Part shown: positions 51,084-61,470 of the stretch, piece by piece
Position numbering within the stretch: the stretch's first letter is position 1
How the letters are laid out: each line of letters opens with the position of its first letter
From: Octopus sinensis
Taxonomy: Eukaryota
Assembly (NCBI RefSeq): GCF_006345805.1
Contig: NC_043020.1
Span: forward strand, 1,674,001-1,738,000
Length of the DNA stretch: 64,000 nt
Reading direction: 5' to 3'
Notes under the pieces: generated by a model
Told to the model about the DNA's origin: nothing
Databases searched by the model: none
Seen by the model: only the letters and a program-made list of their open reading frames with translations
Position numbers and translations under genes: made by a program

Positions 51084-52288
51084 TAAATTAGAGATAAAAC
51101 CACTATTAGGCAAATCAAACAGTGAAAATCATAAGCCAATACATAGAAATAAAATTAATCAAAAAATATAAAAAATATAAAATATAAAAATCCAATTAGA
51201 ATATTTAAATTAAAGTTTAAATTTTTAAGAATTATTTAAATTAATAAATTAAACTTATAAATTTTAAATTTTAAATTTTAAATTTAAATTTTTTTTTAAA
51301 AAATTAAAAAAAATTTTAAACTATCAAAAAGTATTAAAAGTTTAATATAAGATAAAGAGTATGTACAAATATATAAGCATATCATACACACTACTTATCT
51401 ATGTCTCTGTACGCACATACACACACATATGTAATGCAAATATTCATTGTTTTCCAGGCAGAAGAGATTTCGCAGCGCAGAAGGGCAATATCCTGCACTT
51501 TACTAGTTTTGGTCGACCAGGACGATAGGAATTTCAAAGACATACCTTCACAAGTCATAAGGAAAAACGCGAAGATACCCAAAGACGTCCAACCAGTCAG
51601 CGGCTTTTCATGGACTGAAGGCAGCGTTTCTATGGTGATATTTTTCATTGTTATTGGCGGGCTTTTAATCCTGCTCGTAGCAATGACGGCTGCGTTTTTG
51701 GTCGCTTACACCGCTCGCAAACCAAACCGTAGTGCAAACGTATCTTTTGATGATTGTAGTTCAAACAGTACTTCTGGTACTTCTTTGGGCAGCCGAGACA
51801 ATATTTCTAGCAGCGAGGTGAGTTCGACGAGAGGGTCAGTAAACGGTGACAAAATTCAGATCGGCAGTCGGGAGGAACTTGATACGACCATCGATGTTGA
51901 AGGTTTCGGTATGGGTTTGTCTGCAGCAGATGTCTCTCTCGGCAGTTTGGACGCTTGTGGTTTGACTGCAACCGCAGCAGGAAATGAGGCTGGATGTAAA
52001 GTTGAAGCCGTTGAACCAATGTTCCGCCTAGCAAGGGAACAGGACTATTTCTCGTCAGCTTGCGTTTTGCCTGGGCTGACAGATCTTAGGGCCGACATTG
52101 GAAGTTTTGACAATGCTAAGAAGTGCAGTAAATACATTAAGAAGAAGAAAGGGAAACGGTCTTTGAGAATATTAGACATGTTCTCCTCTACGAGTAAAAA
52201 GACATCAACACTTAAAAAAAACAATAGTCGAAGGTTCAATTTCGGCATTGAAAATAACTGGCTCGATCTTCCATACAACTTTGATTAA
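27905..52288 (+). CDS. Single-pass cadherin-related protein with 3 EC repeats (PCDH15/CDHR5-like), 11 coding exons, 615 aa
   Basis: Exons 27905-27965, 28588-28644, 35159-35322, 36624-36686, 38516-38599, 40190-40297, 41618-41743, 48068-48229, 48545-48629, 49514-49620 and 51458-52288 total 1848 nt, all AG/GT with matching phases. Signal peptide MERFLWLLILMLFGLGSYAV. Cadherin motifs DVNEKRPYF, AIDDD, LDYD, DADDQGPAF, AEDKD. TM segment MVIFFIVIGGLLILLVAMTAAFLVAYT, then a Ser-rich tail. Confidence 0.88.
28588..28644 (+). CDS. cadherin exon 2
   Basis: tgtag|AT; GACTVDTSIKAFREDTDE G|gtaagt. Confidence 0.78.
29702..34393. repeat. ~545-bp satellite array (~8.6 units) with an internal inversion, in cadherin intron 2
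   Basis: Forward units start at 29702, 30251, 30795, 31338 and 31879. Orientation switches at 32253/32254, and reverse units continue to ~34393. (TA)n lies on both outer ends. Confidence 0.95.
34432..34749 (+). mobile_element. SINE family C (tRNA-like head GGCGCGTGGCTTAGTGGTTAGG)
   Basis: A box TGGCTTAGTGG, B box GAGTTCGATTC, core CCTTGAGCAAGACACTT. A 3' fragment recurs at ~49380-49460 and a diverged copy at ~23020-23260. Confidence 0.8.
35159..35322 (+). CDS. cadherin exon 3
   Basis: gacag|GA; TVILKIPF...SPDLEEINQKDSK |gtacgt. Confidence 0.82.
36624..36686 (+). CDS. cadherin exon 4
   Basis: aacag|; EPVIESLKYTLNCTEDGMTHT |gtaagg. Confidence 0.8.
37583..37774 (-). mobile_element. ~200-bp (TA)n-flanked element with a hammerhead-like motif
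   Basis: Reverse complement of 47481-47695; contains TTGTAGAAGAGCGTAGGTTCGAAACGTA. Confidence 0.7.
37800..38122 (-). mobile_element. Helitron-like non-autonomous element (degenerate)
   Basis: 5' TCTCTATATATAAACGGC.. resembles the start of the 977-1490 element; the 3' end is only TTAG|T with a weak hairpin. Confidence 0.4.
38516..38599 (+). CDS. cadherin exon 5
   Basis: ttcag|; YKQSVAIADVNEKRPYFTMSSYATDIDE |gtatgc. Confidence 0.88.
40190..40297 (+). CDS. cadherin exon 6
   Basis: ttcag|; LTMPGSIIFTLNDKAIDDDITG...YNDSE |gtgagt. Confidence 0.88.
40515..41470. repeat. (TTCA/TCAT)-derived minisatellite with higher-order units CATTCGTACATTTATT
   Basis: Direct reading; in cadherin intron 6. Confidence 0.85.
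41618..41743 (+). CDS. cadherin exon 7
   Basis: tgtag|; VDGRGKFSL...EVLDYD...YILNISVQ |gtgagt. Confidence 0.88.
44195..45160. repeat. (GTAT)n/(GT)n compound microsatellite; similar tracts at 5360-5650, 12885-13430, 19410-20090 and 20630-21400
   Basis: Direct reading; these tracts generate the MYVC/HTYI ORFs in the track. Confidence 0.95.
46921..47154 (+). mobile_element. SINE family A with a 15-bp TSD
   Basis: AAATGCAGAGCCTTC at 46906-46920 and 47155-47169. Confidence 0.9.
47481..47695 (+). mobile_element. ~200-bp (TA)n-associated element with a hammerhead-like motif (possibly Penelope-related)
   Basis: CTGTAGA-A-GAGC GTAG GCTC-GAAAC-GTA at 47574-47601; related copy at ~3700-3910. Confidence 0.7.
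48068..48229 (+). CDS. cadherin exon 8
   Basis: ttcag|; DNGYPSSR...ITDADDQGPAFVYPKCPLANNFC...SNST |gtaagt. Confidence 0.9.
48545..48629 (+). CDS. cadherin exon 9
   Basis: cacag|; GTLHVYPGSIQAEDKDVVKNNILYSIME G|gtacgc. Confidence 0.88.
49514..49620 (+). CDS. cadherin exon 10
   Basis: tctag|TC; LPPRYTQYFWINSRTGQITQL...SLAIN |gtgagt. Confidence 0.86.
49790..50205 (-). mobile_element. SINE family B, full-length copy
   Basis: Reverse complement of the 24310-24729 element. Confidence 0.85.
51458..52288 (+). CDS. cadherin exon 11 (end of EC3, TM, cytoplasmic tail)
   Basis: tccag|GCA; AEEISQRR...TM...NNWLDLPYNFD*. Confidence 0.9.
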   Translation, partial: AEEISQRRRAISCTLLVLVDQDDRNFKDIPSQVIRKNAKIPKDVQPVSGFSWTEGSVSMVIFFIVIGGLLILLVAMTAAFLVAYTARKPNRSANVSFDDCSSNSTSGTSLGSRDNISSSEVSSTRGSVNGDKIQIGSREELDTTIDVEGFGMGLSAADVSLGSLDACGLTATAAGNEAGCKVEAVEPMFRLAREQDYFSSACVLPGLTDLRADIGSFDNAKKCSKYIKKKKGKRSLRILDMFSSTSKKTSTLKKNNSRRFNFGIENNWLDLPYNFD

Positions 52289-52309
52289 CTTAAATAAATA
52301 CAACTCAGG

Positions 52310-52368
<59 letters not shown>

Positions 52369-52789
52369 TGTATGAATGTATGCGTGCAAATCATTTATCA
52401 TGCTGGCATGATTATTGTACATAATTTTTTTTTATACTTACACATTTCTCCTCCTTCAACACACAAATATATAACTAGGTTTGACGATAACAGCAGAATA
52501 TTTTCTGATGGAATGACTCAATACTGAAAGTAGAGTAAAGTTCATTGTAAAGATCAAATTGAATAGGACCTCAGGTATCGCCTAACAGCTTGTGCAACCG
52601 GTCGCTAGGTAAAACTTGTCCCGGTCAACTTGAACTTCACCATATGTAAATATGTTTGCGTAATTTTTCATTGCCTACCATTCATTGTGTTTAATTCTCA
52701 CCAATATACACACACAGCTCCGGTGTCAGCCTGGAGTTCTATTCCCTAGTATATGATAGTATTAAGTAAGTGTAGTACTTATTCATTTA

Positions 52790-53135
52790 CTTACGCCCTT
52801 CGCTCCCTATGAAGCATAGGCCATCGATGTCTTTTCTCCACCGTTCTCGACTTTGGTCTGTCTTTTTTGCTTCTGTCCACTTGGATCCCTGTTTCCTAGC
52901 AGCTTCTTTCGGATTTTGCAGCACCGCATCAGGTTCCCCCGAGAGAAGACCTTTCTCTCCCAGATCTTATTAATTTTGAATTGTCACTGATGCTACTATA
53001 ACTTTATCTTTGAGAAGAGGAAGTACCTATTAGCTTGGCTTGTATCCTTTGACCTGTGCAGCAAGCGACGCCTTGCCAAGAGCTTGCGTTCCACAGGCAT
53101 AACTCCCAGATTATTGAGATTCATGAGTGACCACA
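52790..53135 (-). mobile_element. Internally deleted RTE LINE derivative (5'-end motif fused to the 3' coding end)
   Basis: Minus-strand C-terminus ...GSKWTEAKKTDQSRERWRKDIDGLCFIGSEGRK* (RTE-like), ~110 nt downstream of a motif homologous to 59797-60170. Confidence 0.6.
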
Positions 53136-53714
53136 CCACAAGGACTGGACCTTGAGGTGTAGATGCAGTATTCAGTAATTTTACGTTCTGCGTTCAATTC
53201 GTACCGAGGTCGTCTATGGCTTTCATTCCTTCAGAGTCAACGAAATCAAGCCCATTAACTCAACACTAATCAATCCCACACTAATGAAAATATATGTGAC
53301 CATTTTGCCAATGTTAGAACCCAGTGTCCCTTTCTTGTGGTGAAGCATAATTACCAAATACAGCACCAGTTCTTAGTTACTGCGATCAATTACTGTCTTG
53401 TAAATATATTTTCCGTTCTTCTTTAAACAGTTTATAGGGGCCGTTGATGTGTAAAAGTCACACACCCACCATGGTTCCCGTAGCAGGTCTACGAATGTAA
53501 ATATCATTTTATTTGTTTTAGTCGTGAGACTATGGCCATGCTGTGGCACCGTCTTGAAGAATTTTTAGTCGAATGAATCAACCCCAGTACAATTTTTTTA
53601 AATCCCAGCACTTATTCTATCAGCCTCTTTTAACGAATCTCTGAGTTTCGGAAACGTAAACACACCAACACCGGTTGTCAAACGGTGATAGGAGACAATC
53701 ACAGACACACACGC

Positions 53715-53763
<49 letters not shown>

Positions 53764-55163
53764 CGCGCGTATTTGTGTGTGTACGACGGGCTTGTTTCAG
53801 TTTCCGTCTTCCAAATTAACTCGCAAGGGTTTGGTCGGTCTGATGCAATAATAGAAGACTCTTGCCCAAGGTGCTACATACTGGAACTGAACACACAGCC
53901 ACGCCCGAGCCTATATATACGAGTGTGTGTGTGTGTGTATGAATATATATATATATATATGTAGTATATGTTTGATAACGCTAATACAAGCGTGTTATAG
54001 ATATTCATGGAATAGTCCTCAGATAAATGAGAACTTAAATCACAGTTCTAACGGATCCATAGAAATTTGTATCATTCCATATACCTACAACATTATGAGT
54101 GTTTTTTATGTAAAAGAAATGATTATGGCGTAAGCCATGGTTCACCGAAACAGCTGTCAAGATAAGACTATTACATAATTTCTATTATTACTATTTTTTT
54201 GCATTTTCTTTTCTGTACTCAGTATTCTGAATGCCATGTAAATATACTCATTAAGCCTATTTGTGCTTATCTGCCTCTCTGTTATGTATGTGTGTGTGTG
54301 TTTGTATATTTGAAAAATGAGATTTTGTCGAGGTAGATCGTGTGAGTCAGTTTCGTTTCCCACTTGCAGCTAATTTTTTTGCTGCTATTTATCCCCAGGC
54401 TGATTTCTGAGCATCCAACGGACCTACATCCAAAGGCATTTCAGCTTTGACAATCCTGTATTTTTTTTTCCCTCATAAGCAGGAATATATGTAAGTCATC
54501 TTGATTGTCCAAAGTACCCAGGCTTACCAAGACAACTGTATTTCATGATTTGAGGGTGGTTTAGCTGGTATTTTATAAGTTTGTGAGAGTGCGTAAGAAG
54601 TTCCCTCCGTCGTTGGGTCATAGATATTTCATTACTCCCTGCCATCTTAGGTAAAAAAAGAAAAAAACAACAAACAACAAACACGGTATGTTGGATCAGG
54701 TATTGTGTGTGTACTCAATGCCTGATAAAAAAATCCCTGAGATGGTCACGGTTGAAATGTCATTGAGCATAGATCAATTTGACAAAGTCGACCTGATTCT
54801 CATGAGTACTAACAGGACACGTTGGATATATGGGACTGTGTTTAGACTGTCCAATCACAAGTCTGCTGACCTAGGGCTAAACAGTAACAATACTAGCAAG
54901 CATCAATGTGCCAATTAAGGTGCCTTCACAAAGTCATTCATTTGCTAGAAGCAGTAGCCAAATCTACCTCAAAATCAGATTTTGTTGTCTTAATTAAAGG
55001 AAGAACACACTAAATAATGTAATCTTTACTTAAACCCTAAAAAGAAGTGAGTCACGGTTGGCATGCCTTTAACCATAGGTCTGCTTGATTAGGGTTAACT
55101 CAGAGCAAAATGTCAACAATTCATAAATTGTAAATATGGAGGTTTGTGTGTATGTGGTATGTG

Positions 55164-55194
<31 letters not shown>

Positions 55195-56772
55195 AAAGAA
55201 TAAGAATGAAGTCTAGTTTTATCCTTGAATCATTTGTAAATAATTCATACAATAAAAACAATAAATATTTCATATTTTGTTGGTGTTTTTGTTACAATTT
55301 TTTGGTTTGTTTGTTTGTTACATACTTTTTCATTCATGTATAAATACGAAAGTCTTGTGCCAGTTAAATAGTTAAGGCGTTTGCTTCTCAACCAGATGGT
55401 CTATAATGGAATCTCACTGCACAGCATTTTGTAAGAGGGCCTTTCTTCTACCAGAAGTTTGTAGTTGAAGAATACTTTGTGAAATTTGATAGACAGAAAC
55501 TGTGCGAAGATCCATCATGCACACATGCACACACGCACACACACACACACACACACAGAGGCACGCACACACACACCACTACCACCGCCATCATTTAACG
55601 TTTCTGTTTCCAAGCAAATACTTCCCAACAACCAACATATATTTTCCATGGAAGTTGGGAAATGAACAAACTCGCTTGTATGATGATGATGCTCATTCAC
55701 GACCATCATGTGATATCTAGACAAAGGTACACACAAACATACAAACATACACACACATATGCATGCACACATATGCATGACACATATACACACACATATG
55801 CACGTGTACACACAGACACACAGAAGTATACATATATATGTAATTAGTGGGTTTCTTTCAGTTTCCTTCTTTCAAATCCACTCACAAGCTTTGGTTGGCT
55901 CAAAGTAGGAACGAATTACAACTGTGTTTCGTGGTCTGCTACCACAACAGCTCCTTTATAGGATCCAGTTAGCTCAAAACATCAGGAGGAACCACGTCTG
56001 GTTTCGGCCCCTATTCCTCTACCGTTTTGACGTACCCCCCCCCCCTTTCAGAGGTGTCTTCAGCTCTGGTGTTGGGTGCATGTCTTCTTTCTTCTGTTCC
56101 ATGGCCTCTTCGATGTAGCGTCAACAAGTGTCAACGGGCGACTGATTGACTTGTCAAATTTTTTCCCTTTAAATACCTGCAGCTAGGCTCCAGCAGGCAG
56201 CCCCAGCAAGTTGTCACGTGACACTGTCTCAACAATTAGAAGACTCTTGCACAAGATGCTGTACAGTGGAACTGAACCCAAGAACGCATGGTTGGGAAGC
56301 ATGCTTCTTCACCTCACAGCCATGCCTGCATTTTGCCAAAAAAAACAAAATAGACCAAAAGATAAAAACAAAAAAGGAAAAAAAACTAAATAACTCCATT
56401 ATATTACTAAAAACGATACTTTAATCAATTTTCCATATTTCATCATTTTTTTTTTTTTTAGGTATTCTTTTCCAGTTGTACCAGGGTGTGACTGTCTTTT
56501 AGTATTTCATTTCAGTTTTCAAATATACAGCTAATAATATATCAACAAATTCTTTAAACTCCCAAGTCACCTTCATGCCAAATTTGCCCCCTCAAAACAA
56601 AAACAAGGCTTCTCCTCCAACAAACCCAAATTTGAACACAATTGACTTATTATGTTATTCTGTGCATCTACAGTCTTTAATATTCACAGGTGTTCACAGG
56701 TGAGTCAGTTAATTAGCCTTGTGGACTGACATAGAGAAAAAGAAAAAGGAAGAACTAAAACAAAAGAAAATT

Positions 56773-56906
56773 CTATCGATAGAAGGCATTGATGGCTCGA
56801 GCAATGATAAGGCGTCGGACTTCACTGGTGCCAGCACCGATTTCATAGAGTTTTGCATCACGAGTAATTCTTCCAACAGGGTAATCATTTATGTAACCAT
56901 TTCCAC
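56773..56906 (-). CDS. IVD: IVD last coding exon
   Basis: [43 protein letters not shown] (TAG at 56775-56773). Confidence 0.94.
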
Positions 56907-59900
56907 CTGGAATTGAGAATAGCAAGAATGGTAAGAGAAGGCAAATACTGAAGACCCAGGTTGCATCACACTCAAATTAAACCCACAATATTTTCCACAT
57001 TAAACTGCATCTATTCCAAACAAGGTGAGATACATCTAACACCTAAAGGAAGTCTCTGAACATTTATAGATAATTACAACTGTAGACATTTAAGTATATT
57101 TTATTTCTTTATTGCCCTCAAGGGGTTAAACATAGAGGGGACAAACAAGGACAGACAAAGGGATAATGTCAATTACATCAACCCCAGTGCGTAACTGGTA
57201 CTTAATTTATCGAACCCGAAAGGATGAAAGGCAAAGCCGACCTCGGCAGAACTTGAACTTAGAACGTAGCAGCAGACGAAATACCGCTAAGATTTTGTCC
57301 AGCGTGCTAACGATTCTTATTTCTTTATTACCCACAAGGGGCTAGGCACAGAGGGGACAATCAAGGGCAGACAAACGGATTAAGTCGAATATATCGACTC
57401 CAGTGCATAACTGGTACTTATTTAATTGACCCCGAAAGGATGAAAGGCAAAGTCGACCTCAGCGGAATTTGAACTCAGAACGTAACGGCAGACGAAATAC
57501 TGCTAAGCATTTCGCCCGGCGTGCTAACGGTTCTGCCAGCTCGCTGCCCTAAAGCTTATTGTTTCTTCTCTCTCTCTCTCTTTCTGAGTCTATCTCTCTC
57601 TCTCTAGTGAGAAAAGGAGCTTACTCACCAAGGATTTGAATAGCGTCCAAACCAACTTTTGTTGCTGCCTCAGCTACGTAGAGTATAGCACCTGCACAAT
57701 CCTGGTAAGATAGAATAAATATATGGCTAAATATGGAAGAGACTTATGATGGATGCATGCATGTATGTGTGTGTGTATGGACAGATGGGTAGAAAGAGAA
57801 AGAGAGAGGGAGAAAGACAGACAGATGGATGGACAGACAGATAGACAAGTATAGACATGACAAGGTAGCCCAAAACCGTCACTGGCTCCTTGCTGGAAGT
57901 AGGAATATAAAGTAATGGCTGCTTGGTATCAACATACACCAGAAAAAGTAATGGATGAAAATGGGGACGCAAAGTTCCTCTGGGACCTTTGACTTCCAGA
58001 CAGACAAGGTGTTAGGGCACTGAAGGCTGGATATAGTAACCTTTAGGAAGGACAAGCAAGAATGCCTAATAATTGGCATAGTAGTGCCAGGAGATCAAAA
58101 TATTATCATGAAAGAAAATCAAAATCAAAATCAAAATCAAACCAAATCAAATCAGATATCAGAAAGCAGAACCAAAATCAAAGTCGATCAACATCAATGG
58201 AAATTGCAGCTGTGGTTAAGCGAACCATCCGATCGTGGCCGTTGCCAGCGCCGCCCCGACTGGTCTCCGTGCTGGTGGCACGTAAAAGCACCATCTGTTC
58301 GTGGTCGTTTGCCAGCTCCGTCTGGCACCTGTGCGAGTGGCACGTAAAAAGCACCCACTACACTCACGGAGTTGTTGGCATTAGGAAGGGCATCCAGCTG
58401 TAGAAACACTGCCACATCAGACTGGGCCTGATGCAGCCTTCTGGCTTCACAGACCCCAGTTGAACCGTCCAACCCATGCTAGCATGGAAAGCAGATGCTA
58501 AATGATGATGATGATGATGAAAGTGAAAAAGTTGACAAATGTGGAATCCTGAGAATTTTGGATCACGAAGATGTGGCAGCGATGAGATTCGAACATGAAA
58601 GCTGTCCCTGTTGTCATCAGAGCATTGGGTTCAATACCACCCAACCTTAAGAAACTTCTGGAAACTTTAGAAATACTCTACTGTATAGGCATAGGAGTGG
58701 CTGTGTGGTAAGTAGCTTGCTTACCAACCACATGGTCCCGGGCTCAGTCTCACTGTGTGGCACCTTGGGCAAGTGTCTTCTACGATAGCGGAATTTGAAC
58801 TCAGAACGTAGTGGCAGACGAAATACCGCTAAGCATTTCGCCCGGTGTGCTAACGATTCTGCCAGCTTGCCACCTTAGTAATAATAATAATAACAACAGT
58901 AGTAGTAGTATCAATAGTAGTGGTGGTGGTGGTGCCACAAGGGTAGCTGGTAGGGGGGGGCATTAAAATGAGAAATTACAAGATAGCAAAATATTGAACT
59001 TGTCTACTTACATTAGGGGCCCTTGTACCTGCATCCAAAGCTTTGGCAACGTTATAAACATAGGAACGACACACATTTAGGGAACAGTACATATCAGCCA
59101 TCTTTGATTGGATCATCTGTAAAAAAAGTGAAGAATAACAGGTGGGTATGATTGTTTTAGGGGTGGAAGGGTACGATGAGCATAATCATCATTTTAACAT
59201 CCTTTTTTTCTTCTGTCTATGGGGAGGAGGAGGAGGAAGGGAAAAAAGAAGGGTAAAAAGGGAAAAAGGAAAAAAGGAGGAAGGGGAAAAGAAGGGAAAA
59301 AGAAAGGAAAACAGAAAAAAAGGGGGAAAAGGGAAAAACGAAAAAAGGAGGAAGAGAAAAAGAAGGAGGAAGGGAAACAGTTGGGTATGATTATTTTAGG
59401 GGTGGAAGGGTACGATGAGCATAATCATTTTAACATCCTCTTTTTCTTCTATGTATAGGGAGGAGGAGGAGTAAGGGAAAAAGGAAGAGGAAAAGAAGAG
59501 GAAGGAGGAGAAACGATGCGTCCCACCCTTCTACGTTGCTGTTACCAACCTGGTAGTGTCCGATTTTGGTGTTGAACTGTTCACGGATGTGGGCGTACTC
59601 GAAGGCTACATCACAGCAGGCTTGCATCAACCTGGAATTAGTGAGTACACATACACTTGAAACGGAGCTGCAGTGGTATTGGTAGTGAGTGGTGATGGTG
59701 GTGGTGGTAGTGGTGGTAGTGGTGGTAGTGTGTAGTGATGGTAAGGTGATGTAGAGCTATTGGTCAGTGGTATGATATACACAAGTTACATATTTTGCGT
59801 CCCCAAAATCCATCCCCGCCTCACCATGGTGGGGGACGCTGGCAACGGGTAGTGTCAGAGCTATGCTGTCGGGAACTTCGGTTCCTGGTAGGGCCACCCA

Positions 59901-61431
59901 AGGCGGATTGGTCTGACACTGAGTGGTATTAGGGCCACAACCCGGCAGACGGGGCTCTGGTGAAAATCCTCGGAGTGTCTGTTTGTGTCCCCAAAGTCCA
60001 TCCCCTCCTCACCGTGGTGGGGACGCTGGCAACGGGTAGTGTCAGAGCTATGCCGTCGGGAACTTCGGTTCCTGGTAGGGCCACCCAAGGTGGATTGGTC
60101 TGACACCGAGTGGTATTAGGGCCACAACTCAGCAGACGGGGCTCTGGTAAAAATCCTCGGAGTGTCTGCTTCGGCAACTGGCGGCTCCTCAGTCGTTCTG
60201 TCCCAGCGTCTGCGGACAATCTGCGGCAAACAGGATGTCTCTAGTTGCGGGATTGTTGGGGACCGCTTGTGAAATCCACATATCCCCACGAGACTTCTTC
60301 CACGAGTAGAAGAAGCCGACTCAACCCGCCCAAGGTGAATGTCGCCATAAGTACAGGTAAGTAGTTACATATTTAGAGATACAGAGACACAAGGCATATA
60401 GAGATAAGTTTAAGTTTAACTAACCCCAAGGGTCCACCGGCAAGGACCAGCCGTTCGTAATCCAAACCACTCATTAGAACATAAACTCCTCCGTTTTTGG
60501 CACCAAGCATGTTCTCCACTGAAAGCAAAAAGAAACAACATTACAATTTAAGCAAAATATGTGATGATGATGATGATGCAATTACCTGGCAAGTGGAGGC
60601 ACATGGCCTAGTGGCTAGAGCAGCGGACTCGCGGTCGTGGGGATCGCGGGTTCGAATCTCAGACCGGGCAATGTGCGTGTTTATGAGCGAAAACACCTAA
60701 GCTACACGTGGTTCCGGCAGAAGGTAATGGCGAAACTTCTGCTTACTCTTTCGCCCACAACTTTCTCTCACTCTTTCCTCCTGCATCTTGCAGCTCACCT
60801 GTGACGGACTGGCGTCCCGTCCAGGTGGGGAACCTATACGCCAAGGAAACCGGGAAACCGGCCCTTATGAGCCAGGCATGGCTCGGGAAGGAACAAATAA
60901 CGACCGCGATTCCGTAGTAGTAGTGGTGGTGGTGGTAGTGGTGGTGGTGGTAGTGGTAGTAGTAGTAGCGATGGTGGTGGTGGTGGTGGTATTAGTGACA
61001 GTAGTTGTGGTGTTAGTTGGTCATGGCAGTTGAAATAGTGCTACAGATTGTAGTAGTAGTAGTAACAATAGCAGTAATAAAAAAATTCAGAAAGTGATGA
61101 AATCGCAAGGACTAATACCTGGTATTTTACAACCTTCGAAGATCAATTCACAAGTGCTGGAGCCACGCATTCCAAGTTTGTCGAGTTTAGGTCCCGCTGA
61201 GAAACCAGGCATATTCTGAAAATGGAAGGAGATCATGGAATAAGAGATTTATTTAGAGTAGGCGTAGGAGTGGCTGTGTGGTAAGTAGCTTGTTTACGAC
61301 CCACATGGTTCTGGGTTCAGTCCCACTGTGTGGCACCTTGGACAAGTGTCTTCTGCTATAGCCTCAGGCTGACCAAAGCCTTGTGAGTGGATTTGGTAGA
61401 CGGAAACTGTAAGAAGTCCGTCATATATATG

Positions 61432-61470
<39 letters not shown>

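Noticed and set aside
59921-59965. GTGG TATTAGGG CCAC hairpin resembling pistol ribozyme P1
   Set aside because: It lacks the conserved AAA linker and the P2/P3 cleavage architecture, and the pseudoknot would rely on several G-U pairs.
60593-60670. tRNA-Arg(TCG)-like sequence (also the heads at 34432 and 14813)
   Set aside because: The acceptor stem does not close and the sequence continues into SINE bodies, so these are SINE heads rather than tRNA genes.
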